Positions 1 through 12,313 of a stretch of DNA of 64,000 nt are shown one piece after another. A program made the position numbers and the translations under genes. The notes beneath the pieces were generated by a model, which was not told the origin of the DNA, did not search any database, and saw only the letters and a list, made by a program, of their open reading frames with translations. Source of the DNA: Zootoca vivipara (Eukaryota); the NCBI RefSeq assembly GCF_963506605.1, contig NC_083292.1, positions 31,062,001-31,126,000 on the forward strand, in the 5' to 3' direction. Position 1 is the stretch's first letter; each line of letters begins with the position of its first letter.

Positions 1-279
1 AAGCAGGCGGCTCCCTCTCCCCACGCAAATAATATTGGGGACTGCATCTTACCCCCACCCCCACAGAACTACAATTCCCAGCACCCTCCCAGCTCCCAGG
101 ATTCTTTGGGGAAAGTCATGTGCTTTGGGATAAGTTGGCTGTGCCCAAGGCTGGGTAGGGCTGAACCCCGGACCTGTAGTCATTCAGGTGTTATTGGGAC
201 TACAACTCCCATCATCCTTCGCCGCCATTCTGCAAGTGGCCAATAATGAGGGATGATGGGATTTGGAGTTCAGCTTGTT

Positions 280-660
280 CGCCAGGTCATATTGGGGGGC
301 GGGGCGCGGTTGGGGCGAACCAGCAGCCGCGCCATTCATTAATCGCCTTCCCCTGTGTTGGGAAAAGGAACGCGCCGCTTCCCGCGTTCGAACCCTTCCT
401 TTCATTCAGCAACATTCGATGAGCCACGCCCACCTCCCTCCAGACCCACGCCCTCGTCCTTGGTCCTCGCGCGGCGATTGGATAGCAGACCTCAGCTCCG
501 CCTACGCGTCTTAGTCCTTAAGCAGCCATGGAGCGGGCCTCGCGGGAGCTTCCCTCTTCCTGGTAAGGATTCCGCGGGGGAGGGAAGCCAAGGCTGCCCC
601 ACTTTAATTTTTGCGTGTGACGAAGGGTGTGTGATTTACCCGTTTTCACTCCTTGCATAA
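280..660 (+). promoter_or_regulatory. CpG-rich promoter/5' region of the AKR gene with a GC box
   Basis: CpG density is high relative to the flanks. GC box ggggcggggcgcgg at ~296-309. The region overlaps AKR exon 1. Confidence 0.55.
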
Positions 661-2802
661 GCGTATGCGCCCAACAGTGCTTCCAGAATTGCAGATTCCC
701 GCAGAGAAACCCAAACACACGCCTGATTTTCAGCCCATACCCGCTTAACTTTGCTTGCTAATTATCCCCTCCGACTGCTCCGAGGCTCGGATCTGAAGCC
801 CACTTACTAGGGAGCAGACCCCGTTAAACTTCATCTCCGAGTAGACGTGCTCGGAATCGTTCCAAGCGCAGAAACGGCTGTCTTGGATTAGACCCGTCCA
901 GCTAATTTCCTAATGCTGCATGACGGTGGAACAGAGGCAGTTTCGCTGGTTTCCTGGAAGTATCTAAGCTGAAGCTGGACCAGGTACCTGCCTGGGGCAA
1001 TGGCCCTCGAAATGTTGCTGCACTCCAACTCCCATCTGCCCCAACCAGCATGGCCAATGGTCAGGGATGGTGGGAATTGCAGTCCCAACATCTGTAGGGC
1101 CGCAGGTGCCCCATGCCTGCCCTTCACTTTGCTAGGTGCACATAACAACAGGAGGCATGGTGGGATGGAGAGCAGCAGCCCTGCGGTACCCACAACCTGC
1201 TTCTGTTATCAAAGAGATGGAAGGAGGATAGGCATCCTGTGTTCCTCGTGGGAGGATGCCAATCTGCTGGGAGTTGTCAGGGGCAGGTCAGCAATCCAAC
1301 ACCCAGTGTCAGTGAAGTTAACTTTATTCAAAGAAACCGAAACAGCTCAGGCCTAGTGGTCACCACACCTCTTCCCAGTAGGTCTCTTGGCCCAAAGAGG
1401 AGTCTCCCTAAGACTCCTCTTTCCCGGGACCTTTCCCAGTAACCCAAGACTCCTTTGCCTTGTCTCTCTGCTCCACTCTCTTCGTTCTGGGAGACCAGGG
1501 GGGAGAGTTGTTGTTCACTGCAGGAGGGGGAGACACCCTGGCTTCTTCAGCAGCCTGACCCACCTTTGCCTCTTGCCCCACCCCTCCTCTCCATGCTCTG
1601 ATTCTGAACTGCTCTCTGCCACAGACTCTTCCTGCTCACTAAACCCTGTTACCTCTTCAATTTCCAACGCCGCCTCTTCCTAGTCTTCTCCTTCTGACCA
1701 CCCATCCCCATCCCACCACTGATCCCCGGGCTCTGAGCCTTCTTCCCCTTTGGGGGTTCCCCAGCTGTTGCCTCCCACCATCCCTCTTTGCCCAACCAGT
1801 CCACGGCAGGAGTCCAGCAACATCTTGAGGGGCACAGCTCCTACCCTTCCTGTGGCAGAAAGTTGGACGGCTGAGCACAGCAGACCTTCCTGAGTGGCAT
1901 TGTGGAATATAATGACCCTCACTTTTATCTCTTCCAGGGCACCAGAGCGCACAGTATGGCTGAACAGTGGAGCCCCTATGCCTCTTCTGGGGCTGGGCAC
2001 CTTCCGCTTGCGGGGTGAGGAGGCCGTGCGCCTCAGCCTGGACACTGCTCTCGGGAACGGCTACCGCTTGGTGGACACGGCCGCCGTCTACGGCAATGAG
2101 TCTGCCATCAGGCACGCTCTGAGCGAGCTGCTGCCGCGCCACAACCTGGCTCGGAGAGACATCTTCCTAACCAGCAAGCTGAGCCCAAGGGACCAGGGGG
2201 AGGAGGCAGCCAAAGGAGCCTGCCTGCGTAGCCTGGAGGAGCTGGGCTGTGATTACTTAGACCTCTACCTCATCCACTGGCCCGGGACCCAAGGCAGGCC
2301 GCAGGAGGACAAGGGCAACCGGGAACGGCGGTGGCAGAGCTGGCGGGCTCTGGAGAGGCTGTACGAGGCTGGGAAGCTCCGGGCCATCGGGGTCTCAAAT
2401 TACAGCATCCAGCACTTAGAGGAGCTGCTGGCAGTGTGCCGGGTGCCCCCCTCCGTCCTCCAGGTGGAGTTCCACCCAGAACTGGCGCAGGTGGAATTGC
2501 TGGGCTTCTGCCGGAGCAAGGGAATCCACCTGCAGGCTTACTCCTCGCTGGGGACCGGCCAGCTGGTGGGGCGGCCAGAGGTGGTGAAGGTCGCCGCGCG
2601 ACACGGGCGCCCGCCTGCCCAGGTCTTACTGCGCTGGGCTCTGCAGCAAGGGGTGAGCGTCATCCCCAAGTCTGCCACCCCGAGCCGTGTGGTGGAAAAC
2701 AGCCAGCTCTGGGGTTGGGAGTTGAGCCCAGCGGATATGGAGGAGCTGGGTGCTTTGGATTGTGGGAAGCGCTATTGCTGGGATCCCACCAATGTGGCGT
2801 AG
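528..2802 (+). CDS. Aldo-keto reductase (AKR5/glyoxal reductase/YtbE-like), 2 coding exons: 528-562 + 1938-2802, 299 aa
   Basis: ATG 528 lies in a strong Kozak context (gcagccATGG). Donor TG|gtaagg at 563 (phase 2) matches acceptor ttttatctcttccag|G at 1937, giving MERASRELPSSWAPERTVWLNSGAPMPLLGLGTF. AKR motifs: GLGTF, DTAAVY (catalytic D,Y), TSKL (K), LYLIHWP (H), IGVSNY, QVEFHP, AYSSLG, IPKS, RVVEN. Confidence 0.9.
1275..1800 (-). mobile_element. Solo-LTR-like repeat in the AKR intron
   Basis: Begins TGTCA with a TTTATT ~45 bp inside. The reverse complement of 1700-1790 matches 59660-59770. Architecture is like 24828-25382. Confidence 0.45.
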
Positions 2803-3472
2803 AGCGGGGGGGGGGGGGAAGATGGGCATTCCGGATGTTGCTGGACTCCAGTTCCCACCAGGCCCCAGCCAGCATAATCAGCGCTCAGGGATGGTGGGAG
2901 TTGGAGTCCGGCAACATCTGGCAGACCAGGCGTTCGCCAGAGACATGAGGGAATGTGAGAATATAATAATTTCAGGACTGAATATAATAATTTCAGGGCT
3001 GATCTCCACCCAGTTGGAGAATCCCATTTGAAAAGCAGTGCCTTTATCACATTGCAGTTCCATCAGCCAGCTTTTAAATTAAGAAGAGAAAATACCAGTG
3101 GATGGAGAAACTCGGGCTTCGCTCCTCTCTGCATTTTCCACCTCCCCCTGGAAACAGAACTCTAGGGCAGGGCTATAAATCTGTGGCTCTCCAGATGTGG
3201 TTGAACTCCCAGCGGTCAGGGAGGATGGGAACTGGGAGTCTTAAAAAAGCATCTGGAGGCCCACAGGCTCCCTATTGCAGTTGTAAGACGAAAAGAGTGA
3301 TATTAAACAGGAATTCAATTTCTCTGCGTCCCTTTGAGTTTAATTTTCTTCCGACACATTCATTCCCGAGGCAGCTAAAGCAATCCTGCCCCCACTGCAG
3401 TCAGACTGGCAGTCTGGGGGGTTGTTGAATTGAAGGAATAGGCAGTGACGTGCTATAAGCCAGAAAAGTATT

Positions 3473-3490
3473 TTAATAAACATTTATTAA
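3473..3490. terminator. Back-to-back polyadenylation signals for AKR (+, AATAAA 3475-3480) and BAD (-, TTTATT 3483-3488)
   Basis: ttaataaa-ca-tttattaa is an inverted repeat lying between the convergent stop codons (2802 and 3931). A second minus-strand signal is at 3586-3591. Confidence 0.6.
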
Positions 3491-3930
3491 CATATAATAA
3501 AAGGGCATACAAATTTCTCTAGGCAGGGTTGGTGAATGTCAGGGGTTCTCGTTTCAGTAATCCCATACAGTGGTTTTGTTCAGTGTTTATTTTTCTTTTA
3601 AAATACAAAAAGTACACTCTAGAAAGGGCAGGACAAGATCCCCTCAAAATTAGGGGTCTTATAGGGGAGGTGCAGGGGAGAAAGGGGTGGGATTCCGTGC
3701 ATAGGGGGCAGCAGGTTAAATTCTTAACATGTCATACTAAAGTGGCCTAAGTAAAAAAAGACTCCTAGGGGAGTGGGTGTGGAGGTGCAGAGGAATGATC
3801 ACAGCATCCCCCAAATTTGTGGGGACACCAGCCATGTGCCACATCAACCCTACAGACTTAACCCCGCCCCCTTTATTTTGTTCCTTCAAACCCCCCTCCA
3901 CCATTTGTAACGGACAGCAGCAAGATACAG

Positions 3931-4547
3931 TCACGGGGGGCTTCTTGGACCATTGCCTGGGGAATTCCGACGCCACCATGACTGCAGAACTTCCTTCCAG
4001 CCCAATGTCCGGCGCATTTGGGTAGCTGTCCCTGCACTCTTGGGGCGCGGCAGCTTCTGCAAGAGAGAAGGAAAACGTGGCATCACCCCCTCTTCCCGAC
4101 ATGCACCTCTCAATCCAGCAGGCTGGCACATCAAGGATGAGAAACCTGACAGGTGTTGCTAGACTACAACTTCCATCATCCATGACCACTGGCCATGCCA
4201 GGTGTGGCCGACAGGACCTAGAGTCCAAAAGCGTCTAGAGAGCCACAGATTTTTTGGGTTGTATCTAAAGTTAGTTCTACTCAAAGCACATGACTTTAAA
4301 ATGGCTTTGGCCCTGTATACCTGAAGGAGCATCTCCACCTTCATTGTTAAGGTCCAGCTTGGAGGGCCTTTTGGCGGTTCCCACACAGAAGCGAAGTTGA
4401 AAGCGAACAAGGCAGAGGGCCTTCTCAGTTGTGGCACCCACCCTCCCATCAAATGTCAAACAGACAACCAATTCTATGACCTTTTGTAGACATCTGAAGG
4501 CAGCCCCGTCTTGAGAAACACTTGATGTGTGCTGTTTTGTTTTGCCC

Positions 4548-4593
<46 letters not shown>

Positions 4594-7500
4594 GGATTAG
4601 ACAAATTCATGGAGGATTAGGCTGCTAATGGCCTAATGGAGGGAGAAAAAAACATCTCTACCTACTTGACACTTTAGGGACACTTGTTATCGTCGGTTGT
4701 CAATCGGATGCCTCGGTGGGAAGCCCAAAAATGTGACCTGGGCACAACAGCAACTCTCCCCGCTAGTGATTGGCAGCAGCTGGCATTCAGAGGCAGGCTG
4801 CCCGCGGCAACGAAGCCCACCTCTCCCTTGGGAAGGACGGACCTCTCTGTAAGCAGGCCAGACTCACCTGCAGCTCGCCGTGGAATTCGTCGCTCATCCT
4901 ACGCAGCTCCCTCCCGTACCGCTGGGCTGCCCACAGGATGGGAGGGGCAGAGCGTGAGCGTGCCCGGAAAGTGCCCACCTCATCCAGGGCCTCTGGGTCT
5001 GGCAAGGGAGGGTCGGATCCAATGCGACGCCGGAGCTCTGGCATAGGAGGAGGAAGGGTGGGGTGGGGTGGGGGAAACAGGGAAGGGGGTTATTACACAC
5101 TTGCCACAACATGGCAGCGGAAGTTGCTAGGCCGTAAAACAGGCCAAGGTCCAGTCCTTTCTGATGCAGAGCAGATGTTCTTGGACTCCAGCTCACATGG
5201 GCCCAAGCAAATGCCCAGGAATGATGGGAACTGGAGTCCAGCAGCATTTTTCGGGGCTATTGCTTCTCTGCCTGGCCTAGAGGGTTAAGGTGGTGTATTG
5301 AATAGACATGGCTCAGAGAGGCCGTTCTGCCGCAAAGCCACTGTCAACCAACTTCCAGGGTGGTGATTGTGGAGATCTCACTATTATTATTAGTTCCATT
5401 TAATTACCTGTACTGCACACTAAGGTCTTGGGGTGGGTTGCAACAATTTAAAATACAATGCAGTATTTAAAACAACCCACAGTCGCAAGAGCAGGGTGGG
5501 CACCCCAAAAACACATCTCGGTTGTCAAAAAGCTACATCTTCAGCATAGGGCAGAAACTGACTTCTCCTCTAAGCGTTTGTGGTGATGGGAAGCACCAAG
5601 AGGGCCCCCACTGCTGATCGTAACACTCAAGAGGGTATGTTAGGAAGGAGGTGGTCTTTCAGAACAAAAATATACGGTAATGTGGGTGCTACATTGGTTT
5701 GAGCTGCTAAAAAAAAGGCTGGATAAAAAGCTGTCACCCGACTGAAGAAATCTCAGTTGATCTATCATTTACAGCAGGATCGGAACACCTTTGGCCCTCC
5801 AGATGTTGGGAGTACAATTGCAAACTTAGACTGTACTCCTAGTTTACCTAGAAGTGACATTGAACTCAGTGGGGCTTACAAGCAATCCTCATTTTGCACA
5901 GGGGTTATGTCCCGAGACACCCCCCACATCCACAGGGCCCATGTAAAGCATTCCACACACCCCATTCTGTCCTTTTAGTTTTCGGGTCACTTCTGGGTTC
6001 GGTGCCATGCATGTGCACAATCTTGCATCAATCAGTCATTGAATAGAAAAGTATGGGATTGCACTGATTCTGTCAATTCTACTTGGCACATTTCTCATGG
6101 AAGAAAACATGGCATCTATATATATATAAAATGTAAAAACGGCATGTGGGTGTGTTTCCACTTCACCGAAACCGGTTGACCGATAGCGTTCAAATTTGCA
6201 CACAACATCCCATGCTACCGTGAGATTAATCTTATAAAGTTTGCAAAGACAGATGTCAAACCTATGCCACGTAAAACCCCTAAAACCCTGTGTTCCAGAA
6301 CTTACAAATCACCCGCAAGTGCATGCTGGGAGCACAGGAGAGATTGCAACACAGCGCCCTCTAGCGACGGCTACACTGGTATTACACCTAGGAAACCTAC
6401 CCTCTCCACAGGCTCGGCTTTACAGACTAGGCCGAGTGGAGGTAGGGCCTTGCCTTGGGGGGGGGGTGATGGAGGGGGCGGAATAGGAGGCAGGGATAGG
6501 TAATGAGTCGGAACGGGGGGGGGGGGAGAGACACAGGGATGAAACCTGCCCTCTCTACAGTATCTTGGCTCGCCTTTGCAGACTAGGCCGCTTTCCAGAC
6601 TAGGCCGAGTGGAGGTAGGGGCCTGCCTGGGTGGGGTGGGGGCCAAAAAAGTCATGGGTCAGGACAGGGTGGGCCCAATCACAGGGATGAACCGGGGATG
6701 GGGGGGATGGACAAGGACAGGTAATGGGTCGGAACGGGGGGGGGAGACACAGGGATGCGCCTACATAACACACGAAAAACGGGGACTCTGAAGATGAGGG
6801 GGGTCTCAAGTGGGACTCTGAGGCTCCATTTAACAAACTGAGCCACTGCAACGCGTGGCAGGGCCAGCTAGTTCTTGATAAAAATGATCCCCTTTAATAT
6901 TCTTCTCACAACTCCTTTCATTATAGCTAATTTGTTTTATTACATTTATTATCTTCACTTATTTTTTAAAAATTCACAGCTTAAGCAAGGCAGATTTCGC
7001 CATCCATCCTCTGGGCGCGAGAAAAAGTCAAGAGAATCTCTGTGAATCGGAAGGGACATGCAAATCTTCTAGTCCAATTCCCTGCAACGCAGGAATATGC
7101 ACCCAACCTGTAACCTTGGTGTTATCAGCACCACTGAGCTAACCAACAAGGCAAGTTACTAGCTGGAAAACATTTTCACTGAGGACTGGCAGAAGAGGGA
7201 CCCTCTTGTAAAAACATTTTTGGGGAAGGGCTGCAGGTCAGCAGGAGATCATCTGCCTTGCATGCAGGTAGGCCTGGGAACAGCACCCTGCCTGAAGCCC
7301 TGGAGAGTCACTGCCAGTCAGTGCAGGCAATACTGAGTGAGATGGATCAATGGTCTGACTAAGGCAGCTTCTTGGTTCCCAGGTTAGGCTTCGCTAAGCT
7401 CACACAAAATCATAGAATTGGAAGGAACCCCATCTAGATCTAGTCCTGCAATGCATGAACCTCAACTAAAGCATCAGGAGGGTGAAACGGACTATAAAGA

Positions 7501-9105
7501 TGAGGTGGAGCGGCTGACAGAGTGGTGCAGAGTTAATAACTTGCTCATAAATACAAAGAAAACAAAGGAGCTTGTGGTGGACTTTAGGAGACAGAGGAAC
7601 AAGGTCCAGCCACTTTTGATTGACGGCATTTTGTGTGGAGAGGGTAACGTTTAGATTTCTAGGCACTGAGTTACAGGAGGATCTGTCCTGGAGTGTTAAT
7701 ACAAGGGGGCTTGTGAAGAAGGCGCAGCAGAGACTGTATTTTTTTGAGAATTTTAAGGAAAAACCATCTTCCACAAAAGCTGCTGCTTGCCTTCTATCAC
7801 TGTGCCATACAGAGCGTGCTCACGTATGGTTTATGTGTGTGGTACGGAAGCTGTACTTCTCAGGATAGAGCAGGGCTGTGCAGAATTATTAAAACAGCAG
7901 AGAGCATTATTGGCTCCTCACTCTCCACCTTAGAACAAATCTACACCACCAGGTGCCATAGAAAAGCACTAGACATATCAAGAGATCCAACGCACCCTGG
8001 CCATCATTTCTTTGAGCTCCTGCCATCGGGACGGACATATAGAACTATGCAAGCAAGAACGAGCCGTCTCAGGAACAGTTTCTTCTCTAGAGCGATTTTG
8101 GCCTTAAATGGAAAGCCTGGACTTTGAAGTCATATTATTTTACTTGTTATTTTGTATTATATTTACTGTTTTTAATTAGGTTTTGTAATTTTGGATTATG
8201 GGGAATGCTTTATCAGAGTGGATGTAGCAACCGAGTAATTTCGTTGTTCCCGCAAGGGGACAATGACAATAAAGATATCTTATCTTATCATTTAAGGAAA
8301 AAATGGTTTTTCTTTAGGAAAGGTTCACGGCTCAGCGTTAGGGACTCTGCTTTGCATGTAGAAGGTCCCAGGTTCAATCCCCGGAGAGCCACTGCCTGTC
8401 AGTGAAATCATTATTATTTGTTTACTTGTTTATTTATATTTTAACTTTTTCCTCCAAGGAGCTCAAAATGGTTCCCCCCTCCCCTGCGGCCATTAATCCA
8501 CACAACCACCCTGTGAGGTAGGTTCGGATGAGAGTCAGTGACGGGCCCAAGGTCACCCAGTGGGCTTCATGGCTGAGTGAGGATTTGAACCCTGGTCTCC
8601 CGGGTCCTAATCCAGCACTTTAACCACTACACCACACAAGTCTACTGAGCAAGATGTAGCAATGGTCCGACAGATTTCTATGGTAGGTATAGAGCGGGGT
8701 AGGGGGCTTCCCTTCCCCTGCAGGGTGCAGGAGAGGGGCAGAAGATTCCCTTCCTCCACAATCTAGGTCACCCACTGCCCCACTTCCATGCAGTGGCTGG
8801 TTGCTTCCATCATCCCCAGCCAGCTGAGCCAATGGTCAGGGCTGATAGGAACTGCATTCCAGCAACAACTGGGGAGCCGAGGTCTAGGGGGAACCCTGAA
8901 GAGGGAGAGGGAAATGCTCTTGTTCTGCCCCAGTCCAAATACCTGGATTCCCAGCAGAAGGACTTGCCGTGCTTCCTGGGCTTCCTGGGGCCTGGTCCCC
9001 TCCTACGACGCTCCTCCTGGTCAGCTTGAGATCCTGCGGTTCCTTCTCACCCGGTGGGAATGTCTCTTCATCATCATCATCATCCTCAATGTGGAACATT
9101 GTCAT
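3931..9105 (-). CDS. BAD: BCL2-associated agonist of cell death; coding exons 9105-8943, 5037-4868, 4056-3931; ~152 aa
   Basis: Spliced protein: [14 protein letters not shown]...[11 protein letters not shown]...[34 protein letters not shown]|[31 protein letters not shown]... It contains the BH3 motif (LRRMSDEF), RSRSAP 14-3-3 site and RPKSAG. GT-AG sites with compatible phases 1 and 0. The acceptor of the first coding exon is at 9174. Confidence 0.95.
4290..4540 (+). mobile_element. L2-clade LINE 3' fragment
   Basis: Shares cctgaaggagcatctccacc...gcagagggccttc with copies at 10710, 30113 and 51120. Confidence 0.65.
4548..4592. repeat. (ATT)n microsatellite
   Basis: Directly visible. Confidence 0.95.
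6115..6871 (+). mobile_element. Non-autonomous Helitron-like element
   Basis: 5' TCTATATATATAAAA and 3' CTAG, with a short hairpin (gccac...gtggc, 6842-6859) just upstream of the 3' end. Inserted between A and T with no TSD. Internal duplicated segments. Confidence 0.7.
7474..8290 (+). mobile_element. Rex1/Babar-type LINE, 5'-truncated, frameshifted RT C-terminus
   Basis: [28 protein letters not shown]...LSWSVNT...[19 protein letters not shown] and [17 protein letters not shown] across three frames. The 3' end reads tgacaataaag(atatctt)n. Confidence 0.85.
8420..8640 (-). mobile_element. tRNA-derived SINE (MIR/Squam3-like)
   Basis: Similar to 42430-42625 and 15240-15330 (ggtgaccttgggc core, pol III-like head). 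Confidence 0.55.
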
Positions 9106-10709
9106 GGGGCTGGCATGGCCCCCAACGCCCAACGTGCCGTTCTCCAGGGGGGTGAGGGTTGTCGTCGGCAGAACTGTGGAGGGATAGGAAACACGGAGAT
9201 CAGAATGAAGGCGATTCCTCTGAGAGCCAGGAGAAGGGCTGTAGCTCAGTGGCAGAGCATCCGGAAGGAGCCGAGGGACCCAGGTGTCCGACAATCTGGG
9301 TGGACGCTTAAGGGAACCAGGTATATTGAGGTGTGATCCCTGGCATCTCCAGGTGAGGCTGGGAGGCACTCCCTGTCTGAAATCCTGGAGGATACTGAGC
9401 AAGATGGACCAATGGTCTGATGCAGTGCAAGGCAGCTTCCAATTTCATACAGAACCATGAGGACTAGAATCTTACTTTAATAGACAGGCAGCTTCCTATG
9501 TACCATGCAGAAGGTCCCAGGTTCAATTCCTGGCATCTCCAACTAGAACTGGGAGAGGAATCCCATCCGGAACCCCAGTCAGTAAATGTAGACCAGGAAG
9601 CAGGAACCCATTGCCCTCTGGATATTGGAACCCAGCATCCCTCACCACCGCCCATTCCTGCTGGGGATGATGGGAGTTGGAATCCAGCAGCATCTAAAGG
9701 GTAATGGGTTCCCCGCCCTGGTGCAGACAATTCTGAGATAGATGGGCCAGCGTTCTGACTCAGGGCAAGGCTTCTTCCGATGTTCCTATGACTAAGGCAC
9801 TCAGCTGGGAACCAGGAAGCTGATAACTCCCTGAAAAGCAAGTGATTATCTTAGGTTCAGCCACCCACCGCCACCAGCAGGGAAGACAGGCCTAACTTGC
9901 AGGGCTGTTGTTAAGAGTTTAATGATAGATTTTTTTAATGGATTTTTAAAAACTGCCTTCATGGGCAAATTATCCTCCCAATGCAGTTTATAAATAAGTC
10001 GATATGCAACAACGGCAGCTTATTAAAACAATATAATAACAACAGCAGGGCATGATCAGTTAAAAGTAGCAGCAACATACGGTAAGTAAAATAAGCAGAT
10101 TTTGGTGTATCAGGCCAAAGACCCATCCTGTTCTCTCACAGATCAGCCAGAACAACAATCACAACCACAACACTTTTATTATTTATATGCCGTCCATCTG
10201 ACTGGGTTGCCCCAGCCACTCTGGGCGGCTTGCCTCTGGGAAGCCAGTAATCGGGACTTGACTACATACTGAGTCATTCTTCCCAACATTTCCCCAACTC
10301 CTTCCCTTTCACATCCTCCCCAGCCCACTCTTCTGTATATTCCCCATTGTTCCTGGGGAAGAGCATGGAGCTATGAAACCACGCGGTTTCTTCCGATGAT
10401 GACCGGAAATCTTACTCAGCCACAAACACACACAGAAATAGCGTCTAGGTTTCTGCTCATACATTTCCTTTCAAGATCATGAGGACTAGGAGGGAAATTT
10501 GCCACGCTTTTCAGATTGGTTATGCCGGCTCCACGTTCAGGGCGTGGTTTGTGTAATGTTTCAAAAATGGTAATAATTTATATTATTATTTATATTGAGA
10601 AGAGCCTGCTGGATCAGGCCACCTGGTCCAGCATCCTGTTCTCTCAGTGCCCAATCAGCTGCCTCAGAGGGAAGTCCGCAAGCAGGACAGTGGGGGCAGA
10701 TAACATGGA

Positions 10710-11040
10710 CTTAAACGGCCCAGTATACCTGAAGGAGCGTCTCCACCCCCATAGTTCTGCCCGGACACTGAGGTCCAGTGCCAAGGGCCTTTTGGCAGTT
10801 CCCTCACTGCGAGAAGCCAAGTTACAGGGAACCAGGCAGAGGGCCTTCTTGGTAGTGGCACCCACCCTGTGGAACGCCCTCCCATCAGATGTCAAAGCGA
10901 TAAACAACTACCTGACATTTAGAAAACATCTGAAGGCAGCCCTGTTTAGGGAAGCTTTTAATGTGTGACATTTTAATGCATTTTAATCTTTGTTGGAAGC
11001 TGCCCAGAGTGGCTGGGGAAACCCAGCTGGATGGGTGGGG
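10710..11040 (+). mobile_element. L2-clade LINE 3' end
   Basis: Encodes YLKERL...RAFLVVAPTLWNALP...FRKHLKAALF, typical of an L2 ORF2 C-terminus. Confidence 0.8.
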
Positions 11041-11417
11041 CACACTTCTTCAGATAACAAAATAAAAACTTACGTTGGTCTTTAAGGTGGTGCTGGAAGG
11101 AATTTCTTATTTTGTTTCAACTACGTCAGACCAACACGGCTACCTACCTACCTACCTGTAACTATTATTATTATTATTATTATAGAACAACAATTTGACA
11201 GCAGCTGAAGAAGTTGCTGAAAGAAAGCACTGCAAAACCATCCAACTGGAATAAAAAAGTCTGAAGGCGTCCCTAAAGGCTAATAAAGGGTGCGGCTGTA
11301 ATTTTTTTTTGGGGGGGAGTGTATTCCAGAGGTGCAGGTCATCACAGAAAAGACCTTCCCTCCTACCTACCAGCCTCATTCATGAACCAGTCACCAGAGA
11401 CTCAGAAGCTAAATCTT

Positions 11418-12313
11418 TTTTTCCCAAATAATTTTTATTCAATTTTTCCAATTAACAACAAATTAAAACAAAAAAAACAATCTTTTATATAAAACATCTT
11501 ATATTTTTCCTCTTTCACCTTGCTCTGCCGAGCTGTGACTTCCCCCCCTCCCTTCATGCGGGTTTCTTATTAACTCCATTTTTTGCAGTTCCTTATTGTC
11601 TTTTTTTCAATCAATTCGTAGGATTTATTTCAATCCTGCAAGTGTTTTTAAACTTCTACAATTTTTCTCCATATACCGTGTTTCTCATATTATAAGACAT
11701 GTCTTATATTTATTTTTTCCTCAAAAAAACACACTATGACTTATTTTCAAGGGATGTCTTATTTTTTTCCTCCTCCTCCTCCTGCCGCGGCCGGCATTGC
11801 TGCTGCGCCTATCACTGTCTTATTTTCGGGGTATGGCTTATATTCCTTGAATGCTTAAAATCTTGCTATGGCTTATTTTATGGGTATGTCTTAAAATATG
11901 AGAAACAGGGTAGTCCACATATTTACTCCAGTCTTTTTGGAACCTTGTCTCTCCTTGGTCTCGGATTTTGTAAGTCAGTCTAGCTAATTCAGCATAGTCC
12001 ATCATTTTCATCTGCCACTCTTCAATTGTTGGTAGTTCCTGAAGTTTCCATTTTTGGGCTAACAATGTCCTAGCCGCGGTTCTCGCATACATAAACAGTA
12101 CTTGATCCTCTTTTCTAATCTCTCCTCCCATAATCCCTAACAAAAATGCCTCCGGTTTTTTTGGAAAGGTGTACCGGTATTCAAACATCTTTTTCAATTC
12201 ATTATATAACATCTCCCAAAATCTTTTAACTTTGTCGCATGTCCACCACATATGATAAAATTCCCCATCTTTCTCTTTACACTTCCAGCATGCTTTACCA
12301 CTCATTCTGTACA
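11418..12313 (-). mobile_element. L1/Tx1-type LINE, 5'-truncated, with 15-bp TSD
   Basis: ORF2 zinc knuckle CWKC...HMWWTC. TSD cagaagctaaatctt at 11403-11417 and 12314-12328. Confidence 0.85.
11676..11910. mobile_element. Tc1/mariner-type MITE nested in the L1
   Basis: TIRs ccgtgtttctcatattataagacat / atgtcttaaaatatgagaaacaggg, with TA on both sides. Confidence 0.8.

Noticed and set aside
1894-1937. N-terminus MALWNIMTLTFISS of the 302-aa ORF
   Set aside because: It is intronic. The acceptor at 1937 joins in phase to the Kozak-ATG exon at 528-562.
1938-2802. Bacterial contamination or recent horizontal transfer of the AKR
   Set aside because: It has a spliceosomal intron containing lizard-type repeats, a CpG promoter and a poly(A) signal, and is contiguous with BAD.
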